From assembly GCA_019359175.1 (NCBI GenBank), contig JAHHHU010000015.1:14574-78573 (forward strand): 64,000 nt of DNA. Direction: 5' to 3'. Of this stretch, positions 49,630-59,543 are shown in pieces (the first letter of the stretch is position 1; each line of letters starts with the position of its first letter). The notes below the pieces were generated by a model that worked only from the letters and a program-made list of their open reading frames with translations, did no database searches and was not told the DNA's origin. A program made the translations under genes and the position numbers. The DNA is from Phormidium tanganyikae FI6-MK23 (GTDB lineage: Bacteria > Cyanobacteriota > Cyanobacteriia > Leptolyngbyales > Leptolyngbyaceae).

Positions 49630-51003
49630 GTGAGCGGAGTGAAAGAGTCTAAGCGACAATCCACGCTAGATCCGTCTAGCGCGACCGAGAAATTGAGTCC
49701 TCGATCTCCGGTTCCGATCGCGCCTGTTCAGAAACCTTCGATCGTGCGATCGATTGTCTGGATTGCAGGATTTCTGGGGGCTGCAACGATTTCGGCAACG
49801 CTAGGAACAACGCTAGCCCTCATCGCACCGCTACCCGGAGCCACTCCGGAGCAAGGACGAAAATTACTTGAAGATCTCTGGAGCAGCGGCTTTCAGTACA
49901 AAGTTTCTCGCCCAGTGAATGTTCTGGTGATGGGAATCGATCGCGTGCTTGATGCGCCTGCGGGATCGGACGAAGTGTTTTCTGGTCGAAGCGATACGAT
50001 GCTGCTGCTCCGGATTGATCCGACTGACAATTCGGTGAATATGCTCTCGATTCCGCGCGATACCCAGGTCGAGATACCGGGAATTGGAGTCACGAAGATC
50101 AATCAAGCCAACGCCAGCGGTGGTCCACTTTTAGCGCGGGAAACGATCAGCAAAACGCTAAACGGGATTGAAATCGATCGCTATGTTCGCGTCAGTACCG
50201 ATGCGTTTCGCGAACTGGTCGATTTGCTGGGCGGAGTGGATGTGTACGTGCCCGAAGCGATGCAGTATACCGACAACACCCAAAAGCTCAAAATTGATCT
50301 CAAACCGGGCTGGCAAACCTTAGACGGCGATAAAGCCGAGCAGTTTGCACGATTCCGACATGATTCCTTTGGAGACATTGGACGAGTCCAGCGACAGCAA
50401 GCATTGATCAAAGCCCTACGATCGAAAATTACGAATCCGATGATTTTGCCCCGGATTCCGGGCTTGCTCGGCGCAATGCAGAAGTACATCGATACGAATC
50501 TCACAACGGAGGAACTGCTGGCGCTAGTGAACTTCGGGCAGAAACTCGACAAAGATGATTTCAAAATGGTGCTGCTGCCGGGGCGATTCAGCGCTCCGAA
50601 CGAATTTCGCGCGAGTTATTGGATCATGGATTCCCAAGCACGCGATCGCGTGCTGCAAGAATATTTCAAATCCTCTTCGACCGAAGCGGCAACCGAACCG
50701 CCATTGGCAAATCTAAAAATCGCGATCCAAAATGCTTCCGGTGATCCACAAGCCGCGACGCAGTTTTCCCAGTACCTTGCCACTATAGGCTATACCAACG
50801 TTTATCAAGCCCAAAACTGGCAAGATCCGCAGCAAAAGACGCAGATTATCGTGCAAAAAGGGGACTTGCAGGGTGCAAAAGTGCTGCAAAGTACGCTGGG
50901 ATTTGGCAAAGTTGAAGCCAATTCGACCGGAGAACTCGATTCTGATCTCACGATTCGGATCGGGGATGATTGGAAGACTCAGCGATCGAAACTTCCGCAG
51001 TAG
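49630..51003 (+). CDS. LCP (LytR-CpsA-Psr) family protein with LytR_C domain
   Basis: VLVMGID, GRSDTMLL, SIPRDT, KINQA, ARFRHD, GDIGRVQRQQ. Confidence 0.94.
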   Translation: MSGVKESKRQSTLDPSSATEKLSPRSPVPIAPVQKPSIVRSIVWIAGFLGAATISATLGTTLALIAPLPGATPEQGRKLLEDLWSSGFQYKVSRPVNVLVMGIDRVLDAPAGSDEVFSGRSDTMLLLRIDPTDNSVNMLSIPRDTQVEIPGIGVTKINQANASGGPLLARETISKTLNGIEIDRYVRVSTDAFRELVDLLGGVDVYVPEAMQYTDNTQKLKIDLKPGWQTLDGDKAEQFARFRHDSFGDIGRVQRQQALIKALRSKITNPMILPRIPGLLGAMQKYIDTNLTTEELLALVNFGQKLDKDDFKMVLLPGRFSAPNEFRASYWIMDSQARDRVLQEYFKSSSTEAATEPPLANLKIAIQNASGDPQAATQFSQYLATIGYTNVYQAQNWQDPQQKTQIIVQKGDLQGAKVLQSTLGFGKVEANSTGELDSDLTIRIGDDWKTQRSKLPQ

Positions 51004-51042
51004 GCGTTAGGCTGGAAAGAGCAATTTATTGAAGTCTGTCTG

Positions 51043-51561
51043 ATGTTTGTTCCGATTCCCCGCACGGTGAAGCGCTTTGTTTATGCGCTGTTAATTGTGG
51101 CACTCGCTTGGTTTTGGATTTTGTTGAGCGCAAATCCGGCGTTTGCTGAAACCAAGTTTCTCAATTATTCCAATGCTCAATTAACCGAAAAAGATCTCTC
51201 AAACGAAAACTTTGAGGGCGGCGTGTTTGTGGCAGCGGAAATGCGTGAGACAAATTTTCAGGGCGCAAATCTCAAAAATACGATGCTGACCAAAGCGAAT
51301 CTACTCGGCGCAAATCTGAGCGGAGCAAATTTGGAAGGATCATTGGTCGATCGCGTCACCCTCTACAAAGCCAATCTCACGAATGCAATTTTGATTGGTG
51401 CAACGCTATCCAACAGCATTTTGGATGAAGCGGACATTACCGGGGTTGATTTTACAGATGCGATCGTCGATCGTTACACCACCACTCAGCTCTGCAAACG
51501 CGCTTCGGGAACGAATCCGACGACCGGAGTGGACACCCGTGAAAGCCTAGGGTGTCGCTAA
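51043..51561 (+). CDS. Secreted or lumenal pentapeptide repeat protein
   Basis: Signal peptide ending PAFA; ANLKN/ANLLG/ANLSG repeats; LCKRASGTNPTTGVDTRESLGC. Confidence 0.92.
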   Translation: MFVPIPRTVKRFVYALLIVALAWFWILLSANPAFAETKFLNYSNAQLTEKDLSNENFEGGVFVAAEMRETNFQGANLKNTMLTKANLLGANLSGANLEGSLVDRVTLYKANLTNAILIGATLSNSILDEADITGVDFTDAIVDRYTTTQLCKRASGTNPTTGVDTRESLGCR

Positions 51562-51566
51562 CCGCA

Positions 51567-52910
51567 CTACAAAATCTGTGCCATTTCATAAAAGCGTCTC
51601 AAAATCGCTGTGACCTTTGCTCCGTATTGGGGATCGGCTGACCATCGACCGCTCAACTGATCCACCAAGGGCGCGATCCCGCGTGTGACAAATCGAAACC
51701 GAGGCGCAACCACTTCTTGCACGAGCGGTTCCGTACTCGCATACGCTTTGAGTAATTGAATATGCGCTCTCACTCCGGTCTGAGCATTGGGAAAACTTGC
51801 GCCTTGAGGCCCGCCGCCAACATCTCCCAATCCAGCAAAATTATTTTGTGATACTTTAATGTCTCCACCAAATCGCAAATAATTCGTTTCTAACAGCATT
51901 TGGCTAAACGCAATATCGTAGTTAACTCCTTCGATCGAGCCTTCATTCCGATAGAGATCGGCAAGTTGAGGAAACTGTGAAATCGCAGCTTCGTTGTTGC
52001 TCTTGAGGAACATGATGAGCTGTACAGATGTTGTATTGCCGTTGCCCATAATGCGATCGAGTGTTCCGGGGCAGATTTTCAGAATCGATCGCAGCAATAC
52101 AGTTCGAGATTGAGCATCCCAACCGACCGCGATCGTATAGTCCCGCAAATCGACTGCTTTGATAAAAACCACTTGACGGTAATTTAAGCGGCGAATATTC
52201 GGTTCTCTTGATAAATCGATTCCTAAGCGATCGGTTAAATCGATCGGAATGTAAGCATTCCCGCTCACCAAAATTCCTTTCTCGCCATAAACTTGCCCAT
52301 TGATGCTGATATTGATTTCTGGATAAACATTGGGATCAGGCGGTAAAGCTGTGCCGCGCACCCAAGCGACTAAGCCATCTGCGATTCCGAGTGCCAGATC
52401 GCGACGCTGATTTTGAATAATAAAGCGATCGTCTGGATTTGTCAGAAAACCCACGGTCATCAGCAGCGATCCGCAAGTGATTTGACGAGTAAACGGTAAG
52501 CTTCCAAGTCCGGTATCAGTATCGGGTTTAGCGCCTCGGCTCGGCAGTTGGGGAACGCGCCGAATGAGGGCTAACAAGAGCTGATCAGCATTGCGGCGAC
52601 GCTGATCGTTGTTGGCAATGAAATAGACGGTTGCGCCTCGTACCGCTGGATTTGTGAACGCATCGGCGCGGATTTCGAGCGCGACATCATCGGGACGATC
52701 GCGAGCGTTAATCCAATCGATCGCTTGAGAGGCACTGAGCGCATCGGGCACAGAAAGGACTTCAACCCCACGCGATCGTAATTCTGTAACGACTAAATCG
52801 CGCGTCAGAATCATTTCTCTCGCTTCTGTTGTCCCTGCGACGACTGCCCCCGGATCGGTGACACCATTAACGCGATTTCCATGTCCAGCAGAAATAAAGA
52901 TACGTCCCAT
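51567..52910 (-). CDS. tftA: TftA-like amidase_3 plus glucosaminidase cell-wall protein
   Basis: RIFISAGHG amidase N-terminus; C-terminal AFSQMLLETNYL, NNFAGLG, HIQLLKAYAS, LSGRWSADPQYG. Confidence 0.75.
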   Translation of the reverse strand: MGRIFISAGHGNRVNGVTDPGAVVAGTTEAREMILTRDLVVTELRSRGVEVLSVPDALSASQAIDWINARDRPDDVALEIRADAFTNPAVRGATVYFIANNDQRRRNADQLLLALIRRVPQLPSRGAKPDTDTGLGSLPFTRQITCGSLLMTVGFLTNPDDRFIIQNQRRDLALGIADGLVAWVRGTALPPDPNVYPEINISINGQVYGEKGILVSGNAYIPIDLTDRLGIDLSREPNIRRLNYRQVVFIKAVDLRDYTIAVGWDAQSRTVLLRSILKICPGTLDRIMGNGNTTSVQLIMFLKSNNEAAISQFPQLADLYRNEGSIEGVNYDIAFSQMLLETNYLRFGGDIKVSQNNFAGLGDVGGGPQGASFPNAQTGVRAHIQLLKAYASTEPLVQEVVAPRFRFVTRGIAPLVDQLSGRWSADPQYGAKVTAILRRFYEMAQIL

Positions 52911-53092
52911 CAGCTTTACGAATAACGAGGTTATCGACTTACGTAGTCAGTGGCTAATTTTATCCCGTTTTCGCCAAATGGCTCATCTTGTCATGGCTAA
53001 TTACTGCGCTGAAACAACCTCAGCAACTATTGCTCCATTTTCGATTCAGCGACTCTACACCGAATTATTAGATGAGCGACCTCACATTTATC

Positions 53093-53118
53093 AATACATG
53101 AACAATCATTCACAGATT
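53093..53118 (+). promoter_or_regulatory. SmtB/ZiaR (ArsR family) 12-2-12 operator
   Basis: AATACATGAACA-AT-CATTCACAGATT with core TGAA-N6-TTCA; closely matches the smt operator as I recall it; 42 nt upstream of the CDF gene. Confidence 0.75.
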
Positions 53119-53160
53119 AACGCATCTAGCATAGAATTCAGTTGATGCGATCTAGAAGAT

Positions 53161-54099
53161 ATGGCACACCATCACGGGCACAGCCACAGCCACCACGATC
53201 ATGGTCACAGTCACGGGCATAGTCTTAACTACGATCGCGCTTTCCTGATCAGCGCGGTATTAAACACAGGCTTTGTCGTTGCTGAAGTCATCTACGGACT
53301 TCTAGCAAATTCTCTTGCTTTACTTGCTGATGCAGGTCACAATCTCAGCGATGTTCTCGGATTGTTGCTGGCATGGGGTGCAAGTGTTTTAGTGCGTCGT
53401 TTGCCCACGCCTCGGAGAACGTTTGGATTTCGTCGATCGTCAATCTTAGCTGCTTTGCTGAATGCGGTCTTTCTGCTGATTGCTTGTGGTGGAATTGGCT
53501 TAGAAGCGATTCAGCGATTTCGCAATCCTTCAACTGTGGAAGCTGAAACTGTGATTTGGGTCGCAATGATCGGGATTGCAGTCAATACGATTAGTGCGCT
53601 GATGTTTGTCGCGGGACGCAAATCTGATCTCAACATTCGCGGGGCGTTTCTTCACTTAGCAGCGGATGCAGTGATTTCGCTGGGTGTTGTGCTGACGGGA
53701 ATTGCGATCGTCTTTACGGGATGGCAATGGCTTGATCCGATTGTGAGTTTGGGAATTACGATCGTCATTGTGTTTGGCACATGGCAATTGTTTCGAGAAT
53801 CATTCAATCTAATGCTCGATGCTGTTCCCGAAGGAATCGAGCCGCTTGCTGTACGAACTTATCTTGTTGAGCGTCCAGAAGTGGCGCAAGTGCATGATTT
53901 ACATATTTGGGCGATGAGTACAACAGAAGTAGCGCTGACGGCTCATTTAGTAACTCCAGCGGGACATCCTGGTGATGCCTTCTTATCGCAAGTCTGCCGA
54001 GAGTTGCATGATCACTTCGGCATTGAACACGCCACGATTCAGGTTGAGCTTGGTGATCCGAATGCGGTTTGTGCTTTAGCTTCTGAAGATGTAGTTTAG
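53161..54099 (+). CDS. Cation diffusion facilitator (CzcD/ZitB-like) Zn/Co/Cd exporter
   Basis: His-rich N-terminus; LLADAGHNLSD; LNIRGAFLHLAAD; HDLHIW; HATIQ. Confidence 0.95.
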   Translation: MAHHHGHSHSHHDHGHSHGHSLNYDRAFLISAVLNTGFVVAEVIYGLLANSLALLADAGHNLSDVLGLLLAWGASVLVRRLPTPRRTFGFRRSSILAALLNAVFLLIACGGIGLEAIQRFRNPSTVEAETVIWVAMIGIAVNTISALMFVAGRKSDLNIRGAFLHLAADAVISLGVVLTGIAIVFTGWQWLDPIVSLGITIVIVFGTWQLFRESFNLMLDAVPEGIEPLAVRTYLVERPEVAQVHDLHIWAMSTTEVALTAHLVTPAGHPGDAFLSQVCRELHDHFGIEHATIQVELGDPNAVCALASEDVV

Positions 54100-54575
54100 C
54101 TTTTCGCGGATTTTTTAATCATCTTGAATACAGCCTCCTTGAAAATCTGCGGCAATAACTTTGCTCCAGGTAAGAAGACAATCCCTAACTGCTGCATTAA
54201 TCCAAGTGCGTCACCTTGTCCCCAATGCTCTACAATTCTTCCGTTTTCTACTCGATCGATGTGCATGATCGATAAACTGATTTGCTTCCCCGTGGCTGGA
54301 AGACCTTGAAACTCGCCAGAATGGGTCGCGATGAATGTTCCACAAGTGACAACTCTGCTATCAGTCACAACAATCTCATCAAATTTATGTTGTCCCTGAC
54401 TAAAAGCTGAATAGAACGACATTCCGAACTGTCTAAAACCTTCTGCATCTAATGGCTCAGGAACACCCGCTAAATGAGCGACAAAATCTGGAGCGAGAAG
54501 ATCTAAAGCTTGCTCAATTCTACGATCGTCAAACGCTTTATAGAACTGAAGAACGAGGTCTTGATTCTGTTGCAT
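54096..54575 (-). CDS. SnoaL-like ester cyclase (NTF2 fold)
   Basis: LVLQFYKAFD, GTFIATHSGEFQG, HIDRVENGRIVEHW. Confidence 0.85.
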   Translation of the reverse strand: MQQNQDLVLQFYKAFDDRRIEQALDLLAPDFVAHLAGVPEPLDAEGFRQFGMSFYSAFSQGQHKFDEIVVTDSRVVTCGTFIATHSGEFQGLPATGKQISLSIMHIDRVENGRIVEHWGQGDALGLMQQLGIVFLPGAKLLPQIFKEAVFKMIKKSAKS

Positions 54576-54588
54576 ACAATTTTGTAAG

Positions 54589-54619
54589 AAAAAAGAGATG
54601 CCCCGGTGGAACATCTCTT
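54589..54619 (-). terminator. Rho-independent terminator of ftsH
   Basis: AAGAGATG / CATCTCTT stem with an A-run on + (U-tract on -). Confidence 0.7.
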
Positions 54620-54640
54620 AAGAGTTTAGTGAATTAGAAA

Positions 54641-56482
54641 CTAAGCGATCGCTGCAATCATCACATCATTTGTGCTGAGTAGTTCTTGCAGTTCATCTGA
54701 ATCGACTGTTTCTTTCTCAACCAGCATTACAGCGAGTTTGTCGAGAACCGGGCGATTTTGTACCAGAACGGCTTTCGCACGGCGGTATGCTTGCTCAACC
54801 AAGTTCCGTACTTCGTCATCGATCGCGGCTGCGGTTTCTTCCGAGAAGTCACGCTCTGCTGCAATGTCCCGACCGAGGAACATATTGCCTTGCTGACGAC
54901 CCAACGCGATTGGGCCTAAGCGATCGCTCATTCCAAATCGTGTCACCATCTGCTTCGCGACTCGCGCCACTTGCTGAAGGTCATTCGATGCACCCGTGGT
55001 CACTTCTTCTTCACCGAAGACGATTTCTTCAGCAATCCGACCACCCAGCGCAACTGCCATCTGGTTTTGCAGATAGGAGCGGGAATATAAGCCCGAATCC
55101 ATCCGGTCTTCGCTCGGTGTGAACCAAGTTAAACCACCTGCGCGACCGCGAGGAATAATGCTGATTTTTTGTACTGGATCATAGTCAGGCATCAACGCAC
55201 CGACGAGCGCGTGACCTGCTTCGTGATAGGCGACTAGCTCTTTACGCTTTTCGCTCATCACGCGATCTTTCTTCTCAGGGCCTGCAAGAACCCGGTCGAT
55301 CGCATCATTAATCTCGTCCATCGCAACTTCGGTCAAGTTACGACGAGCCGCGAGAATTGCTGCTTCGTTCAGCAAGTTCGACAAGTCAGCTCCGGTGAAT
55401 CCAGGAGTCCGACGCGCGATTTTTTCGAGGTCAACGTCTTTCGATAGCGTTTTGCCGCGCGCATGAACATTGAGGACTTCAAGGCGACCTGCGTAATCAG
55501 GACGATCAACAACGACTTGACGATCGAAGCGACCCGGACGTAGTAACGCAGCGTCTAGAACATCAGGACGGTTTGTAGCCGCAATGATGATGATTCCGGT
55601 GTTACCTTCAAACCCGTCCATCTCGGTTAAGAGTTGGTTCAAGGTTTGCTCACGTTCATCGTTACCGCCACCGAGACCTGCGCCCCGCTGACGACCGACT
55701 GCATCAATTTCATCGATAAAGACGATACAAGGTGCGTTGGTTTTTGCTTGCTCGAACAAGTCGCGGACGCGGGAAGCACCCACACCGACGAACATCTCGA
55801 CGAATTCAGAACCCGAAATCGAGAAGAACGGAACTCCTGCTTCACCTGCAACAGCTTTCGCAAGGAGGGTTTTACCCGTTCCAGGAGGCCCAACGAGCAG
55901 GACACCTTTAGGAATCTGTGCGCCAACTGCGGTAAAGCGATCGGCGTTTTTCAAGAAGTCTACAACTTCATTCAGTTCGAGTTTTGCTTGATCAATCCCT
56001 GCCACATCGTTGAATGTGACTTGGGTCTGGGGTTCCATTTGAACTCTGGCTTTCGATTTGCCGAAGTTCATTGCCTGATTGCCTGGGCCATTTTGGGCAC
56101 GGCGCAACAGGAAGAATAGACCCACAAGCAGCAAGACCGGGAAGAAGAGGCTGCTGACTGCACGAAGCCAGAAGTCATTGCCATCGGTTGCAGGCAGGAC
56201 GGAAATATCGACGTTGTTGCGGGTCAGAATGCTGATTAGTTCTGGGTCGCTCGGCAGATTGACGAGGATTCTGCTGCCGTCTTGGGACTGAACCAAGGCG
56301 CGAGAGCGATCGGAACTCAGACTAACTTTATTGACGTTGTTTTTTTCAACTTGTTGAATAAACTCGCTGTAGCGCCAGGTTTCGCGAGTTTGGGGTTGCT
56401 TATCAAAAACCGCCGTTGCCAAGGCAATCACGACGATCGCTAAAAGCGCGTATAGTCCTGCATTTCTCCACCGCTTGTTCAC
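54641..56482 (-). CDS. ftsH3: ATP-dependent zinc metalloprotease FtsH (FtsH3 type)
   Basis: [13 protein letters not shown]-terminus; GPPGTGKT; DEIDAVGR; HEAGH; GTG start with AGGAGG upstream. Confidence 0.95.
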   Translation of the reverse strand: MNKRWRNAGLYALLAIVVIALATAVFDKQPQTRETWRYSEFIQQVEKNNVNKVSLSSDRSRALVQSQDGSRILVNLPSDPELISILTRNNVDISVLPATDGNDFWLRAVSSLFFPVLLLVGLFFLLRRAQNGPGNQAMNFGKSKARVQMEPQTQVTFNDVAGIDQAKLELNEVVDFLKNADRFTAVGAQIPKGVLLVGPPGTGKTLLAKAVAGEAGVPFFSISGSEFVEMFVGVGASRVRDLFEQAKTNAPCIVFIDEIDAVGRQRGAGLGGGNDEREQTLNQLLTEMDGFEGNTGIIIIAATNRPDVLDAALLRPGRFDRQVVVDRPDYAGRLEVLNVHARGKTLSKDVDLEKIARRTPGFTGADLSNLLNEAAILAARRNLTEVAMDEINDAIDRVLAGPEKKDRVMSEKRKELVAYHEAGHALVGALMPDYDPVQKISIIPRGRAGGLTWFTPSEDRMDSGLYSRSYLQNQMAVALGGRIAEEIVFGEEEVTTGASNDLQQVARVAKQMVTRFGMSDRLGPIALGRQQGNMFLGRDIAAERDFSEETAAAIDDEVRNLVEQAYRRAKAVLVQNRPVLDKLAVMLVEKETVDSDELQELLSTNDVMIAAIA

Positions 56483-56658
56483 CGGGGTGTATCCTCCTGA
56501 AAATAGGAATTAAAGGGATCTCAGATTTGTATTTGTAAATTTATATTACTCCGTATTAAGACTTCTTGCATCTATACGATAGAAATCTGAGAATCTCTGA
56601 TTTATCCAATGTAACGTAATGACTTAACAATGGAGTCTAAAATCTGGAGCAAATTGCA

Positions 56659-57843
56659 ATGCAATTGAGCTTTTGTATCATCGTCAAAAATGAAGAACAG
56701 AATTTGCCGCAGTGTTTGTCGAGCGTGCGGGGAGCGGTCGATCAGATGATTGTGCTGGATACGGGATCGAGCGATCGCACCATTGAAATCGCAAAGTCCT
56801 TTGGCGCAGAGGTTCACTCGTTTGAATGGTGTAACAATTTCTCGGCGGCTCGTAATGAATCTCTGAAATATGCCCAGGGTGATTGGGTGCTGGTGCTGGA
56901 TGCGGATGAAGTTTTGGTTCCTGAGAGTGTGCCGATTCTGAGAAGTGCGATCGAGCAGGAAGAATATTTAGTCTTTAATTTAGTACGGCAGGAAATTGGA
57001 GCGGCGCAATCTCCGTATTCGTTGATTTCCCGTTTGTTTCGGTTACATCCTGAAATCTGGTTTTCTCGTCCCTATCACGCGATGATCGATGATCAGGTGA
57101 TGGCATTGTTACAACGGGAACCGGATTGGAAAATTGGAGCGATCGCAGAAGTTGCAATTTTGCATGAAGGATATCAAGCAGATGTGATTGCGGGACGCGA
57201 CAAGGTGAATAAGGCTAGGGCGACAATGGAAGGATTCTTGGCAACGCATCCGAATGATCCTTATGTGTGCAGCAAACTGGGTGCACTTTATTTTCAAATC
57301 GGTGAAACTGAAAAAGGCGTTGAGCTTTTAGAGCGAGGACTATCGACAGTTGAGGATGTTTCGACAAAATACGAACTGCATTATCACTTGGGCAGTGTGT
57401 ATTCGGAGTTGAATGCGATCGAGAAAGCTGCACAACAGTATCAAGAAGCGATTCAGCAACCGATTCTACCGAAACTAAAGCTAGGTGCAATCAATAACTT
57501 AGGAAGTTTACTAAAAGACTGTGGTGATTTGCAAAACGCTGCACTGTTATTTCAACAAGCTCTGAACATTGAGCCAACTTTCGCGATCGCACATTGCAAT
57601 CTAGGCATCACGCTCAAAGCAATGGGACAGTTTGCAAACGCGATCGAGCATTACAAAAGCTCGATCGTACTCAATCCGAATTATGCAGAGGCTTATCAGA
57701 ATCTAGGTGTAGCTTTATTGAAAATCGGTCAAGTACCTGAGAGTTTGGAAGCATTTAGAACTGCGATCGCGCTTCATCAACAACAGAATTCACCTGAAGC
57801 TGAGAGGCTCCAGCAAGGATTAAAAGAAATGGGACTATGGTAA
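56659..57843 (+). CDS. GT2 glycosyltransferase with C-terminal TPR repeats
   Basis: LSFCIIVKNEE, LDTGSSD, FSAARN, LDADE, HEGY; TPRs AHCNLG and AYQNLG. Confidence 0.92.
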   Translation: MQLSFCIIVKNEEQNLPQCLSSVRGAVDQMIVLDTGSSDRTIEIAKSFGAEVHSFEWCNNFSAARNESLKYAQGDWVLVLDADEVLVPESVPILRSAIEQEEYLVFNLVRQEIGAAQSPYSLISRLFRLHPEIWFSRPYHAMIDDQVMALLQREPDWKIGAIAEVAILHEGYQADVIAGRDKVNKARATMEGFLATHPNDPYVCSKLGALYFQIGETEKGVELLERGLSTVEDVSTKYELHYHLGSVYSELNAIEKAAQQYQEAIQQPILPKLKLGAINNLGSLLKDCGDLQNAALLFQQALNIEPTFAIAHCNLGITLKAMGQFANAIEHYKSSIVLNPNYAEAYQNLGVALLKIGQVPESLEAFRTAIALHQQQNSPEAERLQQGLKEMGLW

Positions 57844-58613
57844 AACACTGGTACAACGGAAGCGCGATCGAGAGCGATCAAATTCAGCTATCAATCAATG
57901 ATCCAGGTTTAATCTACGGGGCGACGACTTTTACAACACTGCGAGTTTATCGATCGCTAGACCATCCTTTAACTCAGTGGGACGAACATTGCGCCCGATT
58001 GAAAACGACGATCGGAGCTTTTCACTGGCAAGATCCAAACTGGGAGAACATTCGATCCGGCGCGGAGTCGATGGCAACTGACTATCCAGTATTGAGAGTT
58101 GTCGTTTTTCCAGACGGGCGAGAATGGATCACGGGGCGATCGTTGCCATCGGATTTAATCCAACGGCAACAAAGCGGAATTACAGCTTGGGTCGCAGAGT
58201 CGGAGCTTTCTCGATCGCTTCCCCAACACAAAACTGGAAATTATCTCGCGTCTTGGCTCGCACTTCAAACCGCACAACGTTTTAACGCTCAAGAAGCGAT
58301 TTTGATTGATGCTGATGGTAACTGGCTCGAATCAAGTACAGGAACGCTTTGGGGTTGGAAACACGATCGCTGGTGGACTCCACCTTTGAACAATGGAATT
58401 TTACCGGGACTAATGCGATCTCGCTTGATCTCAGAACTGAACCCGATCGAGCAAACATGGAGTTCTGAAGTTGTGAAGCAATTTGAAGCGATCGCGTGTA
58501 CCAACTGTGTGATGGAAATCGTTCCAATTCATACGGTTCTCGATCGAGATCAAAAACACCACTACAATTCGACTCACCCAAAACTTCAGCAGATCCGAAA
58601 TTTCTTCACATGA
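57837..58613 (+). CDS. Aminotransferase class IV (aminodeoxychorismate lyase-like)
   Basis: GATTFTTLR, HKTGNYL, LESSTGTL, GILPGLMR. Confidence 0.88.
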   Translation: MVKHWYNGSAIESDQIQLSINDPGLIYGATTFTTLRVYRSLDHPLTQWDEHCARLKTTIGAFHWQDPNWENIRSGAESMATDYPVLRVVVFPDGREWITGRSLPSDLIQRQQSGITAWVAESELSRSLPQHKTGNYLASWLALQTAQRFNAQEAILIDADGNWLESSTGTLWGWKHDRWWTPPLNNGILPGLMRSRLISELNPIEQTWSSEVVKQFEAIACTNCVMEIVPIHTVLDRDQKHHYNSTHPKLQQIRNFFT

Positions 58614-58676
58614 TCGACTTGTAGGAAATCGCTTGATGTTGCACAGTAAGGGAGAAGAGCGCGTCCTACAAAAACT

Positions 58677-59543
58677 ATGTTTCACCGGATCTTAATCTGC
58701 ACCGATTTCACCGATGGACTCCAACGACTGGTGCATTTTGTCCCTCAGTTTGCCGCCAGCGGAATGCAGCAAATCGTTTTTCTGCACGTCGTACCACTGC
58801 CGGAAGATGTCGGTGTGCCGAGACCTGATGCCGAAAAAGTCGATCGCGCTCAAAAACAATTTGCTCCCGCATTAGAACAAGTTCCCGCAGGTATCGAGGT
58901 CAAGATCGAAGTTCAAGCCGGACGCGCGATCGACATTATTCTTCGGACTGCCAAAACACATCAATGCGATGTGATTTTGATGGGAACCCAAAGCCGCAAT
59001 TTGTTCACCGAAAAGCTATTTGGCAGCACCACCGCAGACCTTTCACAGCGATCGACCGTACCGCTGATGACTGTTCGCCCTCAACTGATTTCAGCACTCA
59101 CTAGCGAAGAGCTTAATTTACGCTGTCAGCACTTGTTTCGCGGCTTACTGATTCCCTACGACGACAGCAAAGCCTCTAAACATACCGTCGCTCAAGTTGC
59201 AGAACTCGCTAACTCTAAGAGCGAACAAACTTGCTACCTTTGCCGCGTTGTTGATGAAGGAGGCAGATTTGAACTCTCAGAAGCTGAAGAACAACGTCTC
59301 GTGTCAGACACTCTAAAGCCTGCTCAGGCGCAATTGCAAACAGCAGGCATCAACGCAGAAATCGAACTGCGGCGAGGAAATTCGATCGTACAAATCTTAC
59401 AAGCCGCTCAAGAAAAAGATGTGAACGCGATCGCGATTTCATCCAATAGCGGAAATCATGGATTCTGCTCTGTGCCTAGTTTTGCAGCAGAACTGTTGCG
59501 GCGGAGTCTGCATCCCGTTTTGTTCTTCCCTGCCCCACGCTAA
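58677..59543 (+). CDS. Tandem universal stress protein
   Basis: RILICTDF, VILMG, LFGSTT and a second USP repeat LLIPYDDS. Confidence 0.9.
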   Translation: MFHRILICTDFTDGLQRLVHFVPQFAASGMQQIVFLHVVPLPEDVGVPRPDAEKVDRAQKQFAPALEQVPAGIEVKIEVQAGRAIDIILRTAKTHQCDVILMGTQSRNLFTEKLFGSTTADLSQRSTVPLMTVRPQLISALTSEELNLRCQHLFRGLLIPYDDSKASKHTVAQVAELANSKSEQTCYLCRVVDEGGRFELSEAEEQRLVSDTLKPAQAQLQTAGINAEIELRRGNSIVQILQAAQEKDVNAIAISSNSGNHGFCSVPSFAAELLRRSLHPVLFFPAPR

